DNA of 64,000 bases from an uncultured Gemmatimonadales bacterium (lineage in GTDB: Bacteria > Gemmatimonadota > Gemmatimonadetes > Gemmatimonadales > GWC2-71-9), in contig CAWJIM010000016.1 of the NCBI GenBank assembly GCA_963842945.1, positions 128,001-192,000 on the forward strand, given 5' to 3'. The position numbers and the translations under genes were made by a program. Positions within the stretch are counted from its first letter, which is position 1. Every line of letters starts with the position of its first letter. This document shows positions 10,806 to 18,799 of the stretch, piece after piece. The notes under the pieces are model-generated. The model saw only the letters and a program-made list of their open reading frames with translations. It was not told where the DNA came from and ran no database searches.

Positions 10806-12031
10806 GACTGTCCATTTCCTCCGGCAAGACCGCTGGTGGCACGGCCGCGGGATGAAGCCTGAGACCGGGAGGCGTTGAAGGCTTGAACCACCCGCTCCGC
10901 CGCCTCGGAGAGACTATGCGCCGTGATGATTGGCAGACCACTGTCCTTCAAAATCCTCCGGCCTTCCTCGACGTTGGTGCCGGCCAGCCGAACGACGAGC
11001 GGTATGGTCAGTTGAGTTTCCCGAGCCGCTTGCACCACGCCTTGAGCGACCCAGTCGCAGCGGTTGATGCCGGCAAAGATGTTCACCAGGATGGCGCCGA
11101 TCTTCTCGTCTGACAGGACCAGACGAAAGGCCGCCGCCACCCGGTCAGGTGAAGCCCCCCCGCCCACATCGAGAAAGTTTGCCGGGTGTCCACCGGCGTG
11201 CTTGATCATGTCCATGGTGGCCATGGCCAGGCCGGCACCGTTGATGATGCAGCCGATGTCGCCCTCGAGCGCGACATAATTGAGCCCGTACTCGGCCGCC
11301 TGAGATTCCCGGGGATCCTCCTCGGCGTAGTCTCGCAGCTCGCTCACGTTGGGCCGGCGGAACATGGCGTTGTCGTCAAAGGTCATCTTGCAGTCGAGAG
11401 CCAGAACCTGGCCGTCCTTGGTCACCACCAGTGGATTGATCTCGACCATGGTAGCGTCGAGATCGCGGAACGCCCGGTACGCGCCCAGGAGGGTGGTGAC
11501 GGCGCGGCTCACCTGCGCAGGCGCGAGGCCGAGACCATACGCGATCTCCCGGGCCTGAAAGGCGCTCATCCCGATCGCCGGCTCCACAACTTCCCGGAGG
11601 ATCGAGTCGGGCGCGCTCTGCGCAATCTCCTCGATCTCCATGCCCCCTTGGGGGTGAGCCACGATCATGATGCGCTCGCTCTTGCGGTCGAGCACCAGGC
11701 CGAGATAGAGCTCCCGATCAATGGGCACGGCTGCCTCGATATAGAGCCGGTGCACCACTCTTCCCTCCGGTCCCGTCTGATGGGTAACCAGCCGCTTCCC
11801 CAGTAGGCCCTTTGCCGCCTGGCGCACCTCATCTTCATTGGAGCAGAGCTTGATGCCTCCGGCCTTGCCCCGGGCCCCGGAATGGATCTGCGCCTTGACT
11901 ACCCAGCGCGATCCTCCGATCTCCGAGGCGCGGTACACCGCCTGTTCCGGACTATACGCGACGCCACCTCGGGGAATGGCGACGCCGAAGCCGGCAAGGA
12001 GCTCTTTGGCCTGGTACTCGTGGATGTCCAT
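10802..12031 (-). CDS. mtkA: Malate--CoA ligase beta subunit, SucC family
   Basis: [67 protein letters not shown] (MtkA-like rather than the SucC NIFGGIVRCD). Confidence 0.9.
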   Translation of the reverse strand: MDIHEYQAKELLAGFGVAIPRGGVAYSPEQAVYRASEIGGSRWVVKAQIHSGARGKAGGIKLCSNEDEVRQAAKGLLGKRLVTHQTGPEGRVVHRLYIEAAVPIDRELYLGLVLDRKSERIMIVAHPQGGMEIEEIAQSAPDSILREVVEPAIGMSAFQAREIAYGLGLAPAQVSRAVTTLLGAYRAFRDLDATMVEINPLVVTKDGQVLALDCKMTFDDNAMFRRPNVSELRDYAEEDPRESQAAEYGLNYVALEGDIGCIINGAGLAMATMDMIKHAGGHPANFLDVGGGASPDRVAAAFRLVLSDEKIGAILVNIFAGINRCDWVAQGVVQAARETQLTIPLVVRLAGTNVEEGRRILKDSGLPIITAHSLSEAAERVVQAFNASRSQASSRGRATSGLAGGNGQS

Positions 12032-12046
12032 GGTTGCTTCGCAGCT

Positions 12047-12148
12047 AGGAGTCGTGAGTCAGGAGTCGAGAGTTACGTGAAGAGCAGAAGCGCCAGCCGG
12101 AACGTTAGGAGACGGGAACTCCCGACTCGCGGCCCCTGACTCCCGACT
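12047..12148. repeat. Inverted heptamer arrays (AGGAGTC-type and GACTCCC-type) between mcl and mtkA
   Basis: AGGAGTC GTGAGTC AGGAGTC GAGAGTT (12047-12074) ... GACTCGC GGCCCCT GACTCCC GACT (12124-12148); the second array overlaps the mcl 3' end. Confidence 0.75.
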
Positions 12149-13082
12149 TGCTGTTAATAGCCTGGTCCGTATCGACCACGTTCTGAGCCATGCGGGCCGA
12201 CGCCGCATCGATCATCCGTCCATCGAGCTGGGCCGCCCCCCGGCCTTCGCGGGCCGCCTGCTCCAGTGCGTCCAGGATTCGCCGGGCCCGCTCCACCTCC
12301 TTGGCAGGCGGGGTGAATACCTCATTGGCCAGCGCAATCTGGGATGGGTGAATGGCCCACTTTCCTTCGATGCCGAGGGCGGCTCCGCGCCGGGCAGCAA
12401 GGGTATAGCCGTCCGGATCCTTGAAGTCTCCGAAAGGACCATCGATCGCGCGGAGCCCGTAGGCCCGGCAGGCCACCACCATTCGGGACAGCGCCGCGTG
12501 CCACTGGTCCCCCGGGTAATCGGGGTTCAAACCGCCGATGTTTACCGTTCGGGCCCGGCAGCTGGCGGCGTAGTCGGCGACGCCGAAGTGCATGGCCTCG
12601 AGCCGCCGGCTCGACTGGGCGATGGCCTCGACGTTGGCCATGCCCAGAGCAGTCTCGATCAACACATCGATCCCAATGCGCTGTTCGATGCCTTTCGCCT
12701 CTTCGATCTGGGTCAGCAGTGCGTCCACCAGGTAAACGTCGGCCGGCACACCAACTTTGGGAATCAGCACGATATCCAGCCGGTCGCCCGCCTGCTCCAC
12801 GACATCCACCACGTCCCGGTACATATAATGTGTATCGATGCCGTTGATCCGCACCGCAATCGTTTTGCCCCGCTCCCGCCAGTCGTGGTCGTGCAGCGCG
12901 GCTATGACGTTGAGCCGGGCCTGAGCCTTGTCGGCCGGCGCCACAGCGTCTTCCAGATCGAGGAAGATGCAGTCCGCCTCGCTCTCCAGGGCCTTCCGAA
13001 ACATTCCCGGCTGGGAGCCTGGAACCGCCAGCTCACTGCGCTGAAGCCGCGCCCGCGCCGGCTCGTAGCGGGTATGGCTCAT
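12105..13082 (-). CDS. mcl: Malyl-CoA lyase (CitE/HpcH family)
   Basis: RLQRSELAVPGS, FLDLEDAVAP, VRINGIDTHYMYRDVVDVVEQAG, LIETALG, HFGVADYAAS, IDGPFGDF, GKWAIHPSQI. Confidence 0.92.
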   Translation of the reverse strand: MSHTRYEPARARLQRSELAVPGSQPGMFRKALESEADCIFLDLEDAVAPADKAQARLNVIAALHDHDWRERGKTIAVRINGIDTHYMYRDVVDVVEQAGDRLDIVLIPKVGVPADVYLVDALLTQIEEAKGIEQRIGIDVLIETALGMANVEAIAQSSRRLEAMHFGVADYAASCRARTVNIGGLNPDYPGDQWHAALSRMVVACRAYGLRAIDGPFGDFKDPDGYTLAARRGAALGIEGKWAIHPSQIALANEVFTPPAKEVERARRILDALEQAAREGRGAAQLDGRMIDAASARMAQNVVDTDQAINSKSGVRGRESGVPVS

Positions 13083-14338
13083 CGCCCGGCGCCGACCGTG
13101 ACCTTCTTGGCTCCGCCGGAGGCGGGCTGCGCCTCGGGAGCCCGGGGTGGGAGATCTCGCTTGGATAAGGGAGCCGACGTGCTCCGCCAGTATTCCTGCG
13201 CCGCGGCCACGCCGCTGCCGAGAGTCACCTTCATGCCCACGTCCCGCATGGCCATCTCTGCCCCGGCGAGGGCGCCGAGCAACATCAGCTCGTTGAGATC
13301 ACCCAGATGACCGATCCGGAAAAGTTTGCCGGCCATGCGGGCGAGTCCGGCACCAAGGGCCAGATTGTAGCGCCGATACGCTACATCGATCACTTCGGCG
13401 CCGTTGATCCCCGGCGGAACCATGATCGCGGTGACCGTGTCGGAGTTCCACTTGGGCGCGCGGGCACAGAGCTCCAGGCCCCACGCCTTCACGGCCAGGC
13501 GGGTTCCTTCCGCCAGACGATGGTGGCGGGCAAAGACATTCTCCAGCCCCTCCTCCAGCAGCATGGCAATGGATTCCTTCAGGCCGTAGAGCATGGGAAT
13601 CGACGGCGTATAGGGGAAGTAGCCGGTGGCATTGGCCTTCCTCATATCACCAAAATCGAAGAACACCCGGGGCAGCCTGGCCTGGTCGTAGAGACCGAGC
13701 GCCTTCTGGCTCGCGCAGACGATGCCAAGTCCGGCGGGTAGCATGAAGCCCTTCTGGGATCCGGTAACGGCCAGATCCACACCCCACTCATCCATTCTGA
13801 AGTCGATGCTCGCGATGGAGCTCACCCCGTCCACCATGAGCAGGGCCGGGTGACGGGTCTCGCTCAGGGCACGACGGATTCCCGCCACATCGCTGGTGAC
13901 CCCGGTGGCAGTCTCGTTGTGGGTAAACAGCACCGCCTTGATCCGATGTGCGCTGTCAGCCGCCAGCGCCTCCTGGTACCGCTCGATGGGCGCGCCCTCT
14001 CCCCACTCCGCATCCAGCACCTCGACATCCAGGCCCAGTCGCTGCGCCATGTCGATCCAGAGATGGCTGAACATCCCGAACCGGCCGGCGAGCACCCGGT
14101 CGCCCGGGGATAGAGTGTTCGAAAGCGATGCCTCCCAGGCTCCGGTCCCACTCGCCGGAAAGAGGAATGGCTGGCCGGAAGTGGTTTTGAAGACTTTCTT
14201 CAGGTCCTCGAAGATCGGCGCCACGAAAGCTGGAAAATCAGAAGAGCGGTGATCTTCCATGGTGCGGTGCATGGCCCGGAGAACGCGGTCGGGCACGTTG
14301 GTGGGCCCGGGAACGAAAAGAAAGTTGCGGCCGGCCAT
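13079..14338 (-). CDS. sgaA: Serine--glyoxylate aminotransferase (PLP class V)
   Basis: MAGRNFLFVPGPTNVPDRV, SGTGAWEA, HNETATGV, VDGVSS, GSQKG (PLP Lys), GYFPYTP, FRIGHLG; GAGG RBS before ATG 14338. Confidence 0.93.
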   Translation of the reverse strand: MAGRNFLFVPGPTNVPDRVLRAMHRTMEDHRSSDFPAFVAPIFEDLKKVFKTTSGQPFLFPASGTGAWEASLSNTLSPGDRVLAGRFGMFSHLWIDMAQRLGLDVEVLDAEWGEGAPIERYQEALAADSAHRIKAVLFTHNETATGVTSDVAGIRRALSETRHPALLMVDGVSSIASIDFRMDEWGVDLAVTGSQKGFMLPAGLGIVCASQKALGLYDQARLPRVFFDFGDMRKANATGYFPYTPSIPMLYGLKESIAMLLEEGLENVFARHHRLAEGTRLAVKAWGLELCARAPKWNSDTVTAIMVPPGINGAEVIDVAYRRYNLALGAGLARMAGKLFRIGHLGDLNELMLLGALAGAEMAMRDVGMKVTLGSGVAAAQEYWRSTSAPLSKRDLPPRAPEAQPASGGAKKVTVGAGR

Positions 14339-14353
14339 GGGGACCTCTTGGAA

Positions 14354-14381
14354 AGATGGCAGACTAGAGATGGCAGACTGA
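14354..14381. repeat. Four heptamer units (14-bp tandem duplication) in the sgaA 5' leader
   Basis: AGATGGC AGACTAG AGATGGC AGACTGA. Confidence 0.75.
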
Positions 14382-14402
14382 GGGTACGTCAGATTCTTCC
14401 CG

Positions 14403-14431
14403 ACCATAACACTTTGTGAACTTTTTCACAA
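14403..14431 (-). promoter_or_regulatory. Predicted sigma70 promoter of the sgaA operon
   Basis: Minus strand: TTGTGA (14431-14426), 17 bp, then TATGGT (14408-14403) preceded by an extended TGn. Confidence 0.7.
14414..14431. promoter_or_regulatory. Rex-type operator
   Basis: Perfect palindrome TTGTGAA-CTTT-TTCACAA, matching the established Rex consensus TTGTGAA-N4-TTCACAA. Confidence 0.8.
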
Positions 14432-14474
14432 GAGCGCAACGCTGAGCCCAGCCCACCCACTCCAGCCCCGGGAA

Positions 14475-15765
14475 TTGCTGGGAAACCTTTACTCTGCTGC
14501 CACCGACGCGGTTGCGCCAGGACCGGCTCTGGCGCGACGGCTGGAGGCTGCCCCCGAGAGTGGCCGGCCGGTCTGGATTCTGGCTCTCGGCAAAGCCGCG
14601 TTCCCCATGGCGACCGCTGCACTGGACGTACTTCGCCGGCGCGGAACCTCCCCTGCCGGTGGACTGATCGTGGGCCCGGCCGAGGCGACCAGCCCGGATT
14701 CTTCTCTCGAGTGCACCGCCGGAGACCACCCGGAGCCGGGACAGCGGTCCCTGGCGGCAGCGGCCGCGCTGGAACGAACGGTAGGGCGGGTTCCGAGAAC
14801 CGATGAAGTCTGGCTTCTGCTTTCGGGTGGAACCAGCAGCCTGATTGCCGCTCCGGAGCCCGGACTGACGCCGGCGGAGCTGACATCGATCTATTCCCTG
14901 CTTCTGGGCTCAGGACTCGACATCACCGCGATGAACCGGATTCGCAAGCGGTTCTCCCGCTGGGGTGGTGGGAAGCTGGCTCGAGCCCTGGCGCCGGCCA
15001 AAGTCCGCGGATACGTGATCTCGGATGTGATAGGGGACGACCTCGCCTCCATCGGATCGGGTCCGTGTGTTCCGGACCCAACCACCGCGCGAGAAGTTCG
15101 CGAGCAATTGGAGCAAGCCGGCATTTGGCGTCGACTACCCGAAGCAGGGCGGTCCCTGGTGCTTTCGGTGGAAGCGGGAGAACGACCCGAGACTCCGAAA
15201 CCCGGAGACCATGCATTTGCCGGAGTGAGCCTCGAGGTGATCGCCAGTAACCGGCTGGCCTTGGAGGCAGCAGCCGGAAGAGCTCGCGAGCTTGGTCTCA
15301 CGCCGGTGGTAGTGGGATAGGCCGATATCGGGCGAAGCAGCACCTGCCGGGGCGCTGCTGGCCCGCAGTCTACTCGATCGCTGCGCGCAATCGGATATCG
15401 AAACAGACACTCGGGTGTGCTTGATCTGGGGCGGCGAAACGACGGTGAGTCTGGGCGAGCAACCGGCTGGGCTCGGTGGCCGCTGCCAGGAGCTGGCGCT
15501 CGCCGCCGCGAGAGCCTTGAGCGGTACATCCGAGAGAGTTGCCCTGCTGGCGGCGGGTACCGATGGTCGAGACGGTCCTACCGATGCGGCCGGAGCCATA
15601 GTGGACGGCCGGACTTGGCAGGCCATCGAGAGCTCGGGGCGCAATCCTGCTCAGGATCTGGCCGACCACAATTCCTATCCGGCGCTCGACGCCGCTGGAG
15701 CTCTACTCCGAACCGGACTGACCGGAACCAATGTGATGGATGTAGTGATAGGCTGCTGCCTCTAG
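14475..15765 (+). CDS. Glycerate 2-kinase (DUF4147 + MOFRL), frameshift near 15315; start uncertain
   Basis: LGKAAFPM, GDHPEP, LLSGGTSSL, SDVIGDDLASIGSGP, WGGETTV, GGRCQEL, AGTDGRDGPTDAAGA, TGTNVMD. Confidence 0.9.
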
Positions 15766-16223
15766 GGATGCACCTCCAGCCTGGGGAGGAAGTCTTCTCC
15801 GAGGATCACGCTCACATCAACTCGGCGAAACGTGTCGATCTCGACCGTCACCGCGCCGGCGCCAAGAGCAGCGGCAACGTATCCCGCCTGAACCGAGTCC
15901 CCCCGGCGGGCCAGAACGCGGGTCAGAGGCGCGGTGGAATCGGCATTGCCGAGGAATACCACGTCCAGTCCTCGGCGGCGCAGCATTCGAGTGGCGGTTC
16001 TGGCCGCGCCCTGCCGCCGAGTCCCATTGAGCACCTCAACGGTTATTCGTTCTTTCGGCGTGATCACAGCAGAGGCGGCAGAGGTGCGCTCCGGCCTGGC
16101 ACGCGGCCAAAGCCAGAGTCCCACTCCCAGCACCAGCAGCAGCAAGCCTGCGCCTAGCGCGAGCTCCCGCCAGTGCCGACGATACTGTTCCAGAATCGGT
16201 ATGTAGGCTCGAGAACGGGCCAT
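15762..16223 (-). CDS. Membrane-anchored LytR C-terminal domain protein (start uncertain)
   Basis: TM helix, then VEVLNGTRRQGAA...GNAD...DVSVILGEDF. Confidence 0.8.
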   Translation of the reverse strand: MARSRAYIPILEQYRRHWRELALGAGLLLLVLGVGLWLWPRARPERTSAASAVITPKERITVEVLNGTRRQGAARTATRMLRRRGLDVVFLGNADSTAPLTRVLARRGDSVQAGYVAAALGAGAVTVEIDTFRRVDVSVILGEDFLPRLEVHP

Positions 16224-16723
16224 CCAGATTCGATGATGTGGGACAGTCGAGCGCGTGCGACTTCGCGGAGGACACCTTGCGGATCGTCAGGCAACCGTTG
16301 AGCCAATTCGGCTCGTTGCTTCCGCTGGAACGGCCGCCCGGGATCGAGGTAATCCGCGCAATATAGAATGCGGCCGACCATATCCCATTCGGCCAGTCCC
16401 AGTGAGTGGTACCGCACCGCATCCAGCACGCCGCGGTCGTCCTCTCCTTCGGCCCGGGCCCGACCCGCGCTGGCCGGGCCGTGGCGTAGCTCGGGCGGGC
16501 CCGGAGAGTCGGCGGCCCACCTCTCCAGCTCCTCCGGCGAAGCGTCGCGCAGAGCGTCGTGCAGCCATACTGCGCGAAGCCACCGGTGTTTTTCCGAATC
16601 GGGGACGCCGATCTGTTCCGCCCAGACAGCGGCCAGCCGGGCTACTCGCTGAATGTGTTCCAGCCGCTTGGGAGTGACCACCGCCCATTGGGGCAGGGTT
16701 GGCCGGAGCCCGGCATCAACCAA
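16154..16723 (-). CDS. HD-domain hydrolase, YqeK/Ap4A hydrolase-like
   Basis: KRLEHIQRV, WLHDA, HGPASA, DAVRYHSLG, ILYCADYLDPGR. Confidence 0.8.
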   Translation of the reverse strand: MVDAGLRPTLPQWAVVTPKRLEHIQRVARLAAVWAEQIGVPDSEKHRWLRAVWLHDALRDASPEELERWAADSPGPPELRHGPASAGRARAEGEDDRGVLDAVRYHSLGLAEWDMVGRILYCADYLDPGRPFQRKQRAELAQRLPDDPQGVLREVARARLSHIIESGWPVLEPTYRFWNSIVGTGGSSR

Positions 16724-17570
16724 GGCCTTGAGCCAGGTGGATGTTGTCGATCAGACGAGTACTGCCGACCCGGGCAGCGACGGCGATAATAGTTCGGGCA
16801 TCCGCGGTTGAAACCGGACTGAGGCCTTCTGGCTCGACGATGGCAACGTACTCTATCCGCACACCGGGTTCGGCGTTGAGTTCCCGGCGCATCCGATCTT
16901 CCAGCCTCGCAGCCTGGCGTTCCCCTTCGCAAAAGCTGCGGTGCGCCGCGACGAGCGCCCGGCTGAGGGCCCGGGCCTGCCGGCGCTCGTCCTCATTCAG
17001 GTAGGCGTTCCGGCTGCTCAGCGCGAGCCCGTCGGGCTCGCGAATCGTCGGCACGGCGGCAAGCTCGATGGGCCAGTCGAGATCCCGTACCATTCGTCTG
17101 ATCAGCGTCAACTGCTGGATGTCTTTTTGCCCGAAGCAGGCCAGGTCCGGCTGGACCAGATGAAACAGCTTGGCCACCACCGTGAGCACACCGGTAAAGT
17201 GCCCCGGCCGGGCTTCGCCTTCCCACCGTTCCGCCGTTGCACCCGGGGTCACCCGGACCTCGGAACCGGCCGGGTACATCGTCTCGACTGAGGGCACAAA
17301 GAGGGCGTCCACACCACGGCCCTGTGCAAGGCTGCGGTCCCGAGGCAAATCTCTGGGGTAACGGGCCAGATCTTCTCGGGGACCGAATTGCAGCGGATTC
17401 ACGAAGATGCTGAGCACAACCGCATCGGTCCGCCGCTTTGCCTCATCCACCAGCGCGAGATGGCCCTCGTGGAGATATCCCATCGTAGGCACCAGACCGA
17501 TGCGGCGCCCCGCACTGCGTTGGGCCCGGGTCCAAGCACGCATATCGGGAATGGTGGTCAGCTCAGTCAA
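16716..17570 (-). CDS. panC: Pantoate--beta-alanine ligase
   Basis: VPTMGYLHEGH, SIFVNPLQF, RPGHFTGV, FGQKDIQQ, REPDGLALSSRN, RLIDN; probable TTG start at 17570. Confidence 0.96.
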   Translation of the reverse strand: MTELTTIPDMRAWTRAQRSAGRRIGLVPTMGYLHEGHLALVDEAKRRTDAVVLSIFVNPLQFGPREDLARYPRDLPRDRSLAQGRGVDALFVPSVETMYPAGSEVRVTPGATAERWEGEARPGHFTGVLTVVAKLFHLVQPDLACFGQKDIQQLTLIRRMVRDLDWPIELAAVPTIREPDGLALSSRNAYLNEDERRQARALSRALVAAHRSFCEGERQAARLEDRMRRELNAEPGVRIEYVAIVEPEGLSPVSTADARTIIAVAARVGSTRLIDNIHLAQGLG

Positions 17571-18375
17571 AGCTGTGCTCTCGCCCCGGATACTTTCCGT
17601 CACGCACATCCGCGGCAAAGGCCCGCACCGAATCCCGCACCGATTGCCCCAGCTTGCCGTAATGCTTGAGAAACTTCGGGGCAAACTGCTCATTGAGCCC
17701 GAGCATGTCGTGCAGCACCAGAACTTGGCCGTCGCAGTGAAGTCCGGCTCCAATACCAATGGTTGGAATGGTCAGTGACTGCGAAATGCGGCCGGCAACG
17801 GCAGCGGGGATCAGCTCGAGAACAACGGCGCACGCTCCGGCAGACTGCAGGAGCTTGGCATCTCTGACCAGGCGCTCGGCGGCTTCCTCGTCCCTCCCCT
17901 GCACCCGATAGCCGCCGAGAGCATGCACCGATTGCGGGGTGAGACCGAGATGCCCCATCACCGGAATCCCCCGCTCGACCAGCGCCGCCACGGTATCCAC
18001 CATGTGGCCTCCGCCCTCGAGCTTCACTCCATGGGCGCCGGTCTCCTGCAGCACTCTTCCCGCATTCCGGATGGCCTCGGGGATCGAGATCTGATAGGTG
18101 AGGAATGGCAGGTCCACGAAGACCAGCGCGCGGCGGGAGCCCCGCCGGACGGCGGCGGCATGATAGATCATCTGGTCGAGAGTGGCGCTAAGGGTGGTCT
18201 CGTGACCGGCTATCACCTGGTTCAGCGAGTCGCCCACCAGCAGGACATCTACGCCTGCGTCTTCCAGCAGGCGAGCAAAGATGGCGTCGTAGCAGGTGAG
18301 CATGACGACGCGTTTGCCTGCTGCTTTCATCGTCAGCAGGTCGGTGACCGTGAGCGGCCGCGGGTCAGCGTTCAT
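17563..18375 (-). CDS. panB: 3-methyl-2-oxobutanoate hydroxymethyltransferase
   Basis: LTCYD, LVGDSL, VKLEGG, GHLGLTPQS, IGIGAG, DGQVLV. Confidence 0.97.
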   Translation of the reverse strand: MNADPRPLTVTDLLTMKAAGKRVVMLTCYDAIFARLLEDAGVDVLLVGDSLNQVIAGHETTLSATLDQMIYHAAAVRRGSRRALVFVDLPFLTYQISIPEAIRNAGRVLQETGAHGVKLEGGGHMVDTVAALVERGIPVMGHLGLTPQSVHALGGYRVQGRDEEAAERLVRDAKLLQSAGACAVVLELIPAAVAGRISQSLTIPTIGIGAGLHCDGQVLVLHDMLGLNEQFAPKFLKHYGKLGQSVRDSVRAFAADVRDGKYPGREHSFD

Positions 18376-18799
18376 CGGGCTTCAACTCCGCCAGCTCTCG
18401 GCGCCAAAAGTCGCGGTTGGACAGCTCGGGATGAGGAATGATAAGGTCAGGCTCGGCTACCCGCCTCTCTCCGAAGCGAACGATATCCAGATCCAGGGTG
18501 CGCGAGCCCCAACGCTCGGTTCGCTTTCGGTCCTGCGCCTGTTCAATGGCCTGCAGGGCCTGGAGCAGCTGCCGGGGCTCGAGGCGAGTTTCCAGGAGAA
18601 CCATCTGATTGAGATAGGGAGGTTGTTGCTTGCCACCCAGCGGCGCGGTTTCCTCGATGCTGGAGGCGGAAACCAGAGTGGTATCCGGCAGAGCCGCTAA
18701 GGCCGCACGCGCTGCCCGTAGATGGCCCTCCCGGTCGCCCAGGTTGCTGCCCAGCGCCACGTAGGCCTTCTCCGGCAGTCTTCGCTCAGACCTCGACAA
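18365..18799 (-). CDS. folK: 2-amino-4-hydroxy-6-hydroxymethyldihydropteridine pyrophosphokinase (start approximate)
   Basis: [36 protein letters not shown]. Confidence 0.93.
   Translation of the reverse strand: MSRSERRLPEKAYVALGSNLGDREGHLRAARAALAALPDTTLVSASSIEETAPLGGKQQPPYLNQMVLLETRLEPRQLLQALQAIEQAQDRKRTERWGSRTLDLDIVRFGERRVAEPDLIIPHPELSNRDFWRRELAELKPDER

Noticed and set aside
9891..12031. Ordinary TCA-cycle sucCD
   Set aside because: MtkA-like signatures ([17 protein letters not shown]) and the sgaA/mcl/ppc context favour malate thiokinase.
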